NCBI GenBank assembly: GCA_044892525.1
Contig: CM097885.1
Span: 15,626,001 to 15,690,000, forward strand
Length of the DNA: 64,000 nt
Direction: 5' to 3'
Origin: Schmidtea polychroa
Taxonomy: Eukaryota
Part shown: positions 42,991-58,176 of the stretch, in pieces
Layout: every line of letters begins with the position of its first letter
Position numbering within the stretch: the first letter of the stretch is position 1
Position numbers and translations under genes: made by a program
The notes under the pieces: generated by a model
What the model was told of the DNA's origin: nothing
The model's input: only the letters and a program-made list of their open reading frames with translations
Databases searched by the model: none

Positions 42991-43019
42991 AGTAGGTAGA
43001 AGTGAGCCCACGATGACTT

Positions 43020-43300
43020 ATAGAAAATTTTGAGGTCAACCTAAGGACAAATTTAAGGGCAATGTCATTTTCAGGACAATTTAAGCCATTTTAAGGTCAA
43101 ATTCTGAGGTCAATGTTGATTTTAGGCTATTTTAAGGTCAACTTTTGAGGCCAAAGTCTAATTTTTTCTCAATTTAAGGTCATAGAAAATTTTAAGGTCA
43201 ACTCACCTACCTCTAACTTTAAGGTCATAGAAAATTTTAAGGTCAACCCCCTACCCTTACCACTTAATTTTAAGGTCAAATTGAGGTCAAAATTAAAAAT
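43020..43300 (+). repeat. Cluster of (A/G)AGGTCAA motifs, probable transposon subterminal region
   Basis: About ten spaced copies of AGGTCA. Confidence 0.5.
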
Positions 43301-43613
43301 TTTAAAAATTTTCTTAAGTCCATTTAACGAATTACTTTATAGAGAGTTTTCAAAGTCAAAACACGTTTTAATACTACGTTTGCAAATGTCTTTGTTGCAC
43401 ATGCATTTGCAAATGTCTTTGTTACTCATGCATTTGCATTGCAAATATCTTTGTTACTCATGCATTTGTATTGCATGTCTTTGTATTACACACCGTAAGG
43501 ATAGAAAAATATTTCTAAGCGAGATCTAAATTGACTGTGTGTAAAGGGCAATAAATAAGGGTAAAATAAAATTTTTTTAAGAAAATAAATGTAATTTTAT
43601 TTAAATTTATGAC

Positions 43614-44390
<777 letters not shown>

Positions 44391-44542
44391 AAAAATTTAT
44401 GCGTGTCTGTATATGAAAACATTGATAAGAAGCAATAAATATTATATCAAATCTCTTATGTTTTACATAGAACTATATTAACCAATCAGAATCATAACCA
44501 GTATTAGTATAAATAAAACAGAATATTTAAAATTAATGTACA

Positions 44543-45636
<1,094 letters not shown>

Positions 45637-46224
45637 TGTTGTTATTTATAAATATTATACTTTAAATATACACTCAAACTAAAATTTATTAACACATTCA
45701 CATTCATCATCTCCGCATTTCATAACATTTTCAACGATATGATCTATACAATCGTTATATACACGCGGTTCGGTATACTTAATATTTTCAGTTATATAAT
45801 CCGTAAGTTCCTCCTTAGGTTCATCAATTTCTTGTATGATTTCCTCGTCATCTTCTTGTGTGTTTTCTTCATTAATTTGTTCTGTTATTGCCTCATAAGT
45901 TTCATCAAATCTTGAATCTTCACTACCCAGTCTATATTTAATTCATTTGAAACAGATAATACATCCTCCATTTTTACACAAGATATTTCTGCTAATTTTG
46001 CCAACAAAACATTGATTAAATATTCTAAACAATAAATAATTCAATCAATAACTGACCATATTAACCTTTTTCTAACGTCATTATTAACACTTTAAAACTA
46101 TAATGTAAGTTTGTTTATCGAATGTCTTTGTTAAAGTTTGCATGTATTTTGCATTGATTTTGCAATTTCCTGGTTAAGTAAATGAAAAACAAATAGGACA
46201 AAATACATTTATTAAATACATTTA

Positions 46225-46611
46225 TTAAAAACAATAAATATAGCAAAATTTATAAAAATAGCTGTGAAAGTCTAGCAGACATAGTTTTCCAAATTGGAGA
46301 ATATTATCAATATTATCATTATTATCAACTTTATATCCCTGGATTGCTATTGTTATATACCAATTTTCGTTTTCTTTAAAGCTGATTTCATCAATGGAAT
46401 CATAAAATCTTGCATATCGGTTGTTGAACCATGCATGTTGATTACATGATAGATTCGCATCCAACCGTTTGAAAACCTCAATAGATTTAACATCTATCAT
46501 TGAAAGTGTGCCGGATAAGAATTGAAATTGAGTAGGAATTAGCTTGATCGGTGACACCAATTTCATATTGATTTCTTCTTTTAAAAAATGCATTTTGTAG
46601 TTGTGGAACAT
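46225..46611 (-). CDS. Hypothetical protein, compact virus-like gene
   Basis: 128-aa intronless ORF with ATTGG and TATAAAA upstream and AATAAA at the stop. Function not recognised. Confidence 0.4.
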   Translation of the reverse strand: MFHNYKMHFLKEEINMKLVSPIKLIPTQFQFLSGTLSMIDVKSIEVFKRLDANLSCNQHAWFNNRYARFYDSIDEISFKENENWYITIAIQGYKVDNNDNIDNILQFGKLCLLDFHSYFYKFCYIYCF

Positions 46612-46857
46612 TTGAACAGGTTGTACAAGTTCTGCAACAACAACCTTTGGTTTTTCAGTGCTTGATATTTTCTTGGTAATCGTGAATTATGATGGAATTG
46701 TAATGGTACAGGGTTTTTATACCTATGGCTATTGTTTATAAACCAATCAAATTGCAGTATGTCTTTGTTTTAATTACATTCAAAATGCATTGATGTTGCA
46801 TTGTCATATGTTATATGTGTCATATTATTATTATTGCTTTTATTACTTCCAAACTAA

Positions 46858-46962
<105 letters not shown>

Positions 46963-47075
46963 AATGATGATTGCTTGGTAGCAGCATTTATTATTTAAAA
47001 CAATAAAATGATAATTTAAGCCTTTTGCTGCAAATAATGTATTTAATGAAAGAATTTTCGACTATAAGATAGTCC

Positions 47076-47396
47076 TTGATCAGCAGACATGTTGGTGTAA
47101 CAGTTATTATCATAACACAAAATCTATTTCATCAAGGTGGTGCACATCGAACACGTAATTTAAATGTACAATATTTAGTTATTTTCAAGAATCCTAGAGA
47201 TGCAACTGTCATTGATTTTCTTGGACGACAAGCATACCTTAATAACCGTAATTTTCTTATCATTGCATTTCAAGATGCTACTAAAATACCGCATGGATAT
47301 ATATTTCTTGATTTCACACAACAATGTCCCGATGATTTACGAGTAAAAACAGATATTTTCAACCCAAAAGGTGCCATGGTTCAAAAACAAAGTTGA
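47076..47396 (+). mobile_element. Polinton/Maverick packaging ATPase (A32-like) C-terminal fragment
   Basis: SRH...VIIITQNLF..G...RT..LN.QYLVIFKNPRD and DATK.PHGYIF.D motifs. Walker A/B half is missing. Confidence 0.82.
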
Positions 47397-47539
47397 AACA
47401 TAAGTAGGAAGTTAGTAGCGTACGGCAGCAATGACCCCCCCGGTGGGGTCTGCTGCCGTAATTTTTTGCTGCAACTTTTTATTACGCAATTGCTGCAACT
47501 CACATTTTTTGCTTTCAGGGATTTTTAGTCCAATTTTTT

Positions 47540-50500
47540 TTTATTAGACTATAGTGAGGGGGTCTCGATGGTCCTGGGATTTTCAATACAAAAACTTTCT
47601 TTTCAATACAAAAATCCGATTATCACTAGAAAAGCATAGAAGTTTCAGACTATAGTGAGGGGTCTCCATGGTCCTGGGATTTTCAATACCAAAAAATTTT
47701 TCAATAGAGAAAGGCGGTCTTCAATAAAAAAGGTGGTCTTCAATAAAAAAGCATGGAATTTTCAGACTATAGTGAGGGGGTCTCGATGGTCCTGGGATTT
47801 TCAATACCAAAAAATTTTTTCAATAGAGAAAGGTGGTCTTCAATAAAAAAGCATGGTAATTTAAGGTCTCAGGATATTTTCAATACAAAAATCCGAATAT
47901 CACTAAAAAAGCATGGATTTTTCTAGTTCAATTCAGGTGGGTCTTCTTGGTCCTGAGAATTTTAATAAAAAAAGGTAGTCTACACTAAAAAACGTGGTAA
48001 ATTTTTTAAAATAAAGCCAATTATGGGTCTAAAAATTGAATTACAGTAAATTAAGGTCCAAATTTTTAAATTAAAGTAAATTATGGGCTAAGATTTTTGA
48101 ATTAAAGTAAATGATGGGTCTAATAATTGAATTAAAATAATCAATGGGTTCAACTTAGTAAATTAAGGTTCAAATTTTTAAATTAAAGTAATCAATGGTC
48201 AAAAATTTAAATTAAAGTAATAATTTTAAAATAAGTAACGTAATAAGTGAATAAATGTAAGATTTTTAAATTTATTAACAAAAAGTTGGAATAATAGTAG
48301 GTGTTTGAGAATTAAAATTTTTTAATGAAAATTTTTATGAAATAATTTTTTAAGTAATTTTTAATAGAAATTTTAATGAAATATTTTTCAATGGTAAATT
48401 TTAATGGAAATATTTATGGAATAATTTATTTAGGATAGTTTTTAATGAAAATTTTTATGAAATATTTTTCAAAGACAAATTTTAATAATAATTCAACAAC
48501 AAACCAACAACTTAGTACCAACAACCAGTAACTTACGAACATGTATTAACAACCAGCTAACAACTAGCTACCACCTACCAAGTACATACAACCAACATCA
48601 ACCAGGTACTAAGCATTATCAACCAAGTACCTACAACCATCTACCAAGTACTCACAACCAAAAACAACCAGCTAACAACTAACTACCACCTACCAAGTAC
48701 ATACAACCAACATCAACCAGGTACTAAGCATTATCAACCAACTACTAAGTACCTACAACCAACTACTAAGTACCTACAACCAACTAGCTACCACCTACCA
48801 AGTACTAACAACCGACTACAACCAGGTACTAAGCATTATTAACCAACTACTAAGTACCTACAACCAACTAGCTACCACCTACCAAGTACTAACAACCCAC
48901 AAAAACCAGCTAACAACTAACTACCACCTACCAAGTACACACAACCGAAAACAACCAGGTACTATGCATTATCAACCAAGTACCTATAACCACCTACTAA
49001 GTACTAACAACCAAAAACAATCAACCAACTAGGTACCAGATACCAAGTACTTACAGCCAGATGACCACATGAAATCATTGGTTAAATAAGTAAATTAATG
49101 TCTAATTTTAAAATTAAGTAATCAATTATCTAAATATTAAAGTCAATTTAAGATGAAAGTTTTCTGGGATTTTCAATCTTAACCCTTTCATTCGGGAATT
49201 AATTTTTCTTTTTGCGTGTGCTCTTCACAAAATCAACTGAAAAATACTGAAAATGTCACTATTTGGCGCCAAAATTATTAAAATGTACTATAACAAATTT
49301 CAATTTTCTTAAAAAGTACTTCTCACATTATATTTTCGAAAAGGTACAACAGATATTCAGCAAAAAAACTGTGTACAATATATTGTACACTCCGTATAAA
49401 AGGGTTAATTTTAGATGCAAATCTTCGTCAATTAATCAATGACCACATGAAATTATTGGTTAAATATGAAAATAAGGGTTATAATTAGTTGTTAAGTAAA
49501 TTATGGTGTAAAATTTAGTAATAAAGAATAATTAGGTACATTAAGGATAAGTAAATTAAAGTTAAAAATTTTAAATAAGTAAATTAAGAGTTTCAAAATT
49601 TTAAAATTAAGTAATGTTTTCAAAAATTAAAGTTAAATAAGTAAATTAAAGTAATAATTTTTAAATAAGTAATGTAATATGTAAATTTAACTAAGATTTT
49701 TAAATTTATTATCAAAAGATTGAATAACCACCAACTTTTTTGAGAAATGTAATTTTTAATGAAAATTTAAATGTAAAATTTTTTAAGTTAATTTTTAATG
49801 AAAATTTTTATGAAATATTTTTTTAAATTAATTTTTTTATACAACTTCTATAATAATTTTAATTACAATCAATAGAAAAACCTTTTCAAAATGTCTAAAT
49901 TTAATAAAAATGTTGATTTTCATCAAAAATAAATAATTGTCAACTCATCACCACGTGGAAATGATGATAATTTAAATTACAATGAAAGACTATAGAATTC
50001 TAATTTACAAAGCATTCTTCTTTTAAATGATAACTACTGACTTATTATTGCAAAGTAAAAATCACATTCAATAAATACTTATTGTTGATCAGTTTTATTA
50101 TATATTCTCTGAGTTTATCCGACAGGTTGTTTTGACCCTCTAAGGATATTAGTCATAAAGGTACTAGTCGTAAGGGTATTGGTAACACTCAACCACCACC
50201 TACCCATTAACTAGTTACCATGTACTAACAACTAGGTCTCAAACAACTAAATACTAAACATTTACAACCACATACTAACAACCACCATCAAAACCCATCA
50301 ACCTACAACTTGATACTTACAACCAGATACCTGCTACCAAGTACTTACAACTAGATACCAAGTACCAACAATCAACTAACCACACATAAAAATAATAGCA
50401 ATTAAATACAAAATATTCTTCATCACATACACTATCTTCTTATCAAAATCTCAAAAGTCAACCAACTACTTACAACCAACTATGTACTAACAAATTGATC
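47540..50500. repeat. Complex satellite-like region (several degenerate repeat families)
   Basis: ACTATAGTGAGGGGTCTC units at 47540-47990, AATTAAAGTAA units, and ACCAAGTAC/CAACC units at 48500-49070 and 50200-50490. Confidence 0.8.
49183..49404. mobile_element. piggyBac-type MITE
   Basis: TTAA on both sides; imperfect TIR CCCTTTCATTCGG / CCGTATAAAAGGG. Confidence 0.75.
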
Positions 50501-52374
50501 TTTAAAAGAAAATACTCATCACTTGAAAAATTGGATGAAAAATTAATTGAACTCAAGGCATCAATAACTAGCTAAAAATTGATTAAATAATTGTAAAAAT
50601 TTTAAATTTTCAAAATAAATATTATAAAAATGTAATTAATGGACAAGAAAGAATTCTAGTCATTAATCATCCAGTAAATATAAAAATATTGATCATTCAA
50701 GTTAATATGAATCAACTAAGATAATAAATTAATAAGAATTTTGAAATAAGATCTAGTAGATAATTGATTTAGATTGAATAAATTAGTTGAAATAAAATTA
50801 ATTTTAATTATTTTTTTAAAAGTAATGCATGTACTCAAATTGATTGACTGATTGCTCAATATATTCAAAAAATCATTATAAATTCATTACAATTATCAAA
50901 GTCAGCAATCTACAATAAAAATAGTTATCATTAAATTCCAAAAGAAACTAGATAACTAATGAGAACATCTAACAAACCAGTAAATTCATTTAAATGACAA
51001 CAATTGGTATATCCAAGTGAATTCTCCAATAAAATCATCTAAAAAGAATCATTTTCCCCTAAATATATCAATATTTAAAGATTGGTATTTTAATGATAAA
51101 TAATTGTTAAAGATCATATATTCACCTCAAACTAATAAGATTCCTTAAAATCCCTTAAATGACTATATTTCAACCCTTAATTCATATTATTACAAATATC
51201 ATCTAAAAAGCATCAAATTTCCTTGAAATAACTCTATCCTTAAAGATTGATATTTTAATGACAAGTACCCGTAAAAGATCATATATTTCCCTCGGACTAA
51301 TAGTGACTTTTTCCCTCTTTTGAATTGCAAATTTCATTCGTCGCTTCTTATATATTGCTGTAACCAAATTTCACTGCAATTGCATTTTGTAAGTAAATCT
51401 CTGATTTCGAGGTTAGTCTGTTCGTTAGCAATGACAGCAAGTTTCTTATTAAATGCGATCTGCGAGGAGGATGGTAAGATCATTTTGTTTATTACGGTAT
51501 AATTGGCGAAATGTTCATTGAAGAGTGGTTCATAATGAACTATGTTAAGCGCTACAAGTCTGTTTGCTTTTGTTTTATCCATACTCCTGTCACTAGAATA
51601 ATTTCATACTTGTTCATTTTTTTTAAATGACTTCGCTCTAACACAGTGACTTTTTCCCTCTTTTGAATTGCAAATTTCATTTATCGCTTCTTATATGTTG
51701 CTGTAACCAAATTTCACATAAAATATTGCATACAATACTTTCAAATAATTATGGAATGCATTTTTGTGGCTTTCAACAATTTCAAGCTGTTTCTTAATTT
51801 TATTTCGTTTTTCTGCGCCACTTTTAAATATTTTCTATGTGCTTACTATAGTAGATAGAAGTGTCACCGCTGAACCAACCCTCTGGTAAAATCTCAAGGT
51901 CGATTAAGAATTTTAGATAAGTGTATATAAAAAATGCTTAGTTTCCATGGAAATGAGCTTAAAACTCTCTAAATTAAAATATAGGTTATGCCATAATATA
52001 ACATTTTCTGTATATTATGAAACAAAGACAAACTTATATTATAGAATTAAACTCATATTCTTTAACACATGGGAAGACAATGAACAAAAGCATAAGAAAA
52101 GTAAATTATGCAAATTAACAAAATATGCTTAGAAATATTTTGAAAAATATACTTTATTACAGAAAATTATTTTAATATCGGAAAATAAATATTACAATAG
52201 TTGTTTACTATTATCAAGATTTACCTACAAATGGATTTAGCATGAATAATAATTTTTCAACTTTCTATAATTTCGTAAATATTATATTTATTAAAAAACT
52301 TGACCTATTGTGGATAACTCATGGTGCATGTGATGGTGGATGTATAAAAAATATTAATAATAAATAATAATGAT

Positions 52375-53171
52375 TGTTTCAGCCGATTTTGGATGGTTTT
52401 TTTGTATCGCGTCTGTAAGTTATGTTTCTGTAGTAATAGATTTAAATCGATCTTTAATTTGTGGAATTTGGTTTTGATGGTTTGTTAATGGAAGAGCAGG
52501 AATCGTTTGTTTGAACTGGTAAATTGTGTAGAAATTTTGGTTTTTAGTTGAAACATGGAAGAAAATGAAGGACTGAAATGTCGTATTGCAATGAGCAATA
52601 TAGCGAAGATTATTTTCTCACCTGAAGGGAGATTATTCCAAGTCGATTATGCATTTAAGGCAATTGCATTAGATGGATTGCTTTCCGTTGGTATTCGAGG
52701 ATATAATGGTGGTGTAGTAGCTACACAAAGAAAAGTTCCAGATAAAATGATTGAGAAGAGTTCAGCTACAAGATTGTTTAATATTACTGAAAGTACTGGA
52801 TGGGTTATGACTGGTATGATCCCTGATTGTCGATTTCAAGTATGTCGTGCACAATGGAAGCAGCTCGATTTAAATATAAAAATGGATATGAAATGCCTTG
52901 TGACATAATATGTCGTATCGCGGAGATTAATCAGCTCTACACCCAATCGGCTGAGATGCGACCATTAGGTTGTTCAATGATAGCATTATCTTATGATATT
53001 GAAATGGACAAACCGTTATTATTCAAAACTGATTCCAGTGGCTTTGTAGCTGGACATCGAGCTTTTGCAGTTGGAGGCTAAAAGTTATTTGGAAAAGAAA
53101 CTAAGTAAAAATAGAGCGTGTGATACTATCAAATACAGAAAGATCTTTTTGACTTGTTTTAGACGAAAACA
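52375..53171 (+). mobile_element. Second copy of the proteasome-carrying solo LTR
   Basis: Same ends and flanks as 23262-24133; TSD AATGAT / AACGAT; right arm of the palindrome deleted. Confidence 0.8.
52555..53171 (+). pseudogene. PSMA6: Frameshifted proteasome alpha-6 retrocopy
   Basis: Split over ORFs 52555-52908 and 52827-53081; 1-bp loss near 52854 and a deletion near 53072. Confidence 0.85.
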
Positions 53172-55196
53172 AACGATAATAATAACAAATAATAAATAAT
53201 GATAAATAATAATAAAAATAAGAATAATAATAATATAAAACGAAGATTCCTTGCCAGTAGCATCGATTAAAAATAAAATAATTAATAAATAAAGTTTTAG
53301 TGCAAATTACTTATTTAATAAAAACAAAAATGAGAATTTTCGACTATGAAATAATCTTATTTAATTGATTGAAAAATAAATAATAAAATTCCACGAGTGG
53401 TCAATGTAGGTAAGGTGATTGCTCGCCATATATTCTCATGAAATGACCATACTTTGCCTTTTGATGGACATGAAGGACATTTTGTATCAGACTATTGCTG
53501 GAGGTACTGTTTTATATGGATGCCACGTGGCAGCTGCCTGAGAGCCGCAGGAATATCCTAGAAGGCCACTATTAGCATAGAAAGGAACTTATTTCACTCC
53601 TCCTTCACTCACCAATGAGAATGAATAATAATCTAATGCTTTACTGATCCATCTCAGCCATGTAGAGGCGCCATTGAAAGCTTGGTCACACCGCGTGCCA
53701 ATACTCATGCTCATTGCGGAAAATCCAGTCAAATCGCCTTCATTGCCCTCATAAACATTACACAAATGCACTCAGTCTGGGACAGATTCCTCGCTATCCG
53801 TTCTGAGTAAGCTTCCGTTTTGTACAGCTCCTTTCATGCATGCCATCCGATATGTCAGTGTAGGATCTTGCCTGTGTACAAGTTTCCAAACCTTCAAATT
53901 GAGGATCTCATCATTAATTCATATTCATACACAAGGTAACACCACAGGTAATACTTAGCTAAATATTCTATGCGAATGATTCTTCCTTTCCTAATATTGA
54001 CGTTTGTAGGCTACGGAATAAGTGATATGCAATTATATTTCTGTCATTGTTGATATAATCTGTAGCCCCCATTCCCTCCATTTATCATGTCAGTTAGTGT
54101 CAAATACTTTATTCAGCAATGGCATAAAATCCTTCATTCAATAAACAAATATTGAAAACTAAATAAAACAAGCGTTTCCAAAGCATTTATCACACGGGGC
54201 ATGGATATAGATGAATGCTACTGACGCCCTGTGATCTATTCCTTCAACTTTTACACATTCGCTATTGTAGGAAAAACTCTTGATAGAGTCCCCTAATAAG
54301 TCACGTCACAATGTATCAATGAGTTCGATGACACAACAAAGAACAATGAAAGATGAACACGGTTACTGCGGAATGGCATCTGAATGGTCCTGACAATTGC
54401 TCAATGGTGTCCATTAATTGGATTAATATTAAAAAATAAAAAACAAATGTTTCATTTTTTGCTGAACCTGCTGTGACCGAATTCTGTGCCATATTTATGT
54501 ACATGCATCAAAACAAACACCCTCCAGCACATCCACAGTCGCATGCACCAGCACATGAACCAGCACATGCACCAGCACATGCACCAGCACAGTGAACTAC
54601 AATTTGATAGAATCAATTAAAATTAAGTTTCAATTAGGCATTGTATTGATCACAGATTTCATAAAATTATACAAATATTCGTTACAATTTAATTTTTTAT
54701 TGTGTTAAATCTAATCCAATTTATCAATATTGGTTTGTGCTTTTGACATTTTATCATTGCACCTATGTCACAATAAAATGTGAAAATGTCAATATGGGGC
54801 TCACAGGAACCTTGTACACATTTGAAAATGTCAGACAAATATTTGTAACCATAACGAGATCATTAGATCAATATATATGCATTTTATGAAAAATATTTAT
54901 TTTTATATTTTGATATATTTTTAATTTGTATTTAAATTTGTATTTAAAATTTTACATTTCGTTATAAAATTATAATTTAAATAATTTTGTAATATTTAAA
55001 ATAAATGAGAAAAAAATTAACATTAATAATAAGGCTAAAATACAATATTTATAAAATGTTTGTTTATCTACATCAAAATACAAATTATAAATATTGAAAT
55101 TGTCAACGTCAGCGGAAATAATTAATATAATAAGTATGATTTATGATTGTTGTGAAATAATGAAATATTTTGAAAATTTTGTTAATTTTAGATAAA

Positions 55197-56628
55197 ATGT
55201 TTGCAAGCGTATGGGAAATGATGAAGAGGAATAAATTTGAATTTGATAATGAAATCAGCAGTGAATTGATATGCAGAATTTGCAAGGTTTTAATGATAAA
55301 AGCTTGCAATGCTCCTTGCGGTTGTGGCTTTTGTTCTGATTGCATTGAACAGTATTTGGATGGAAAAGATAAATTCTGTCCAGGAGCAGGAAAACATTGT
55401 GGAAAGAAAATGATCAATTTCAAAAAAGATGTTTCTGAAGATCACGCAGCCAATTTAAGGATTTCAGAAGTGATAGTGAGATGCCCAATGCAAAATTGTC
55501 AATTCAAAGATGAATTAGAGGTGATGGAGAGCCACATGAGAACATGCAACAAGCAACCAATGAAATGTCCATTCAATAGAATCGGATGCGAAATGAATGA
55601 GGTGGTAAAGGATGAAATGAAAGTCCATCTCAATGAGAACACTGAAGGCCATAGCAAATTATTGATCGATCAGATCAGTAATCTATGCAATGAGATGCAA
55701 GCAATGAGACACGAGAATGTGACATTGCGTAATGAAATTATCAATATTAATGTAAAATTTTATTTGTAATTAATTTAATTGATATTTGTGATTGTAGGTG
55801 AAACTGGCCAATCTTGAAAGGAAAGAGGCGGAGAACAGAGGAGAAATAGAAGAATTAAATGAGGAAATGGTGGCATTGAAGAATGAGAATCGTTCATTGA
55901 GAATGGAGATGGAGACAAATATTGGATCAATCAATCAAGTTTGATTATTGATTTGATTTACTATTGATTTTGTTATTGATGCAAAGCAGGTCAGACAACA
56001 AATTGAAATGAATGAATCAAAATGTCAACAGCAAATTGATGAGATGAAAGAGAAATGCGAGCAGCGGCTGCAACAGGGGAATGAAAAGGTGATTTATTGA
56101 TTTATTGACGTGTTTGAATTTGAGATTCAGCTGCAGCTTGAAATGGCGAAATGCGCCAATGAAATTCGCCAGATTGAAACAAAATTAGCAAATGAAAAAT
56201 ATATAAATTACGGATTTTTTGAATGGCAAATCGATAAATTTTCACAACAAAAGAGAGGTGAAAATATTTACAGCGAGGCATTTTATTCCGGGCCAATCGG
56301 TTACAAAATGTGCTTGTGGGTGAGCATTTGGGGTGATTGGGTTGCGGCTGGTTTCTGTTTGATGCGTGGGGCAAATGATGAGCAATTGGATTGGCCGTTC
56401 AATCAATCCGTGACAATCGATGTGATCGATCCAGCAAATGGCAGCATTTATATGAGCAAGTCAATGAAATATTCAGATTGCCCTGGTGCAGCCGGATGGA
56501 GGAAACCGTCACAAGACAGAAATGATCCAATTGACATTTATTATGATTATCCTGATGCCATCTCAATCAATAAATTAGCAGCCAGAAGTGATAAATTGCT
56601 GCTCAGGTGCAGAATTGAAAAATTATGA
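55197..56628 (+). CDS. TRAF-family gene copy 3, apparently intact (~430 aa)
   Basis: Exons 55197-55751, 55798-55938, 55990-56088 and 56131-56628; GT-AG introns of 46, 51 and 42 nt; RING, zinc fingers, coiled coil and MATH all open. Confidence 0.92.
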
Positions 56629-57624
56629 CAAATTTAAAAAAACATTTCAATAAAGAATTTATTTTGGGTTTTGATTTGTTTTATTGTTTGCCTTTTTTTA
56701 TTATATTTTTATTATATTTATTATATGAGATTATTATTGTGGTAATTATTGTCATTCTCGCCTTCCATCCGATATCATCATCACGTGGCGGAGCGCGCAC
56801 AGCAAATGCCAATTGCAATATCAACATCAATTATATAATTAAATAAAAGCAATTTAATTAAATCAAAAACATTTAATATAAATTAATTTGAATAATTATT
56901 ATAATTAAATTAATAATTAATTTGAAAGAAATGAAATTAAAATTCACCCGAATATAAGCGCTGACAAATCGCCTCAACAAATCAAGCGCTCCTATGACGA
57001 GTGGAACTGACGAGAAAACCGCCGCTGATGTTATATGAGTTGTGGATAAATTATTGCTGTACTGAATGGCAGTAAAATGCACCTAAATGCAATACTAACA
57101 CTGCGTTATATCAAATTGATAAATGCCTTAACATTTCGCCAGCTATTTGTGAGGCATTTAAACGGAAATCCGCAACAACAATACTGATCAAATGTTCTAA
57201 ATTTGCTTTCACATCTGTTTTGATAAGTTTACCAAAATTAGAGCTGTCGATTCGATGAGGGCAATCAATGCTTTCTAAACTCTATAACATTCTGTTACGA
57301 ATTCTTTTAATAATTAAACGAATTACTTTATTTAATCTTTCATAAAATTTAGATTTACTAATAATATTATTGTTAATATAATAATAATAATAATTGCATT
57401 TGTACTGAGATCCTTTTCAAGAGCTTTTGACCTGATTTAATATTAAATAATGTAACATTTCATAAATTTATTCACTTTTTCATTCGTTAAATTTTCAAAT
57501 ACAATATTATTTAAACAAAAAAAGATTTCATGTAAATTAATATTTAAATTCACAAATTTGATAAATTTTATGAATGCATTTTACTTATTAACAAACAACG
57601 AAATTTATTTTGAAATCTTGAAAT

Positions 57625-58085
57625 TTTAGGAAATTTATAAATTAGGTTTCAAAGTGAAGTTGAGTCCAATACGTAATCTACATCAATACCTTGGGGTGAT
57701 AAGTGACGGTTATGGGGTTTAAGGGGGGTCATTTAAAAAATTTATAAATTATAATCTGAAATTAAACGTAGTTGAGCATACATAATAAAGTAATTTACAT
57801 TATTGAAGTTGGTACTTGAATGATGGTCAAATTACTTGAGGAGGTCATAAATAAATTATAATTTTAAAATTCAAAATTTAAGCTAGACATTTATAAGTAA
57901 ACAATTTACATTAATGCATTTAGGATGAAATTAGTAGTGGTAGCACTTTAGGGGGTGATAAATAAATTTTGTAAATTATAGTGTTAGAATAAAAATTTAG
58001 GTCACAAGCAACTTACATTAATACATTTTAGATGAAATTAGTAGTGGTGGCACTTTTGGGGGGTCAAAAATAAAATTTGTAAATT
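57625..58085 (+). repeat. Degenerate ~108-bp satellite (also 28020-28380 and 1-125)
   Basis: Recurring ...TTACATTA...ACTT..GGGG...AAATT units. Confidence 0.65.
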
Positions 58086-58176
58086 AATATTTTGATTCTC
58101 AAATACAAGATGAATAAATATATAGATGATCTATATTAGTGAAATTCTTAATAAGTAGATGACTCCTAGCAATACA

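Noticed and set aside
51334..51582. 82-aa minus-strand ORF with local duplication
   Set aside because: No recognisable domain; probably transposon debris.
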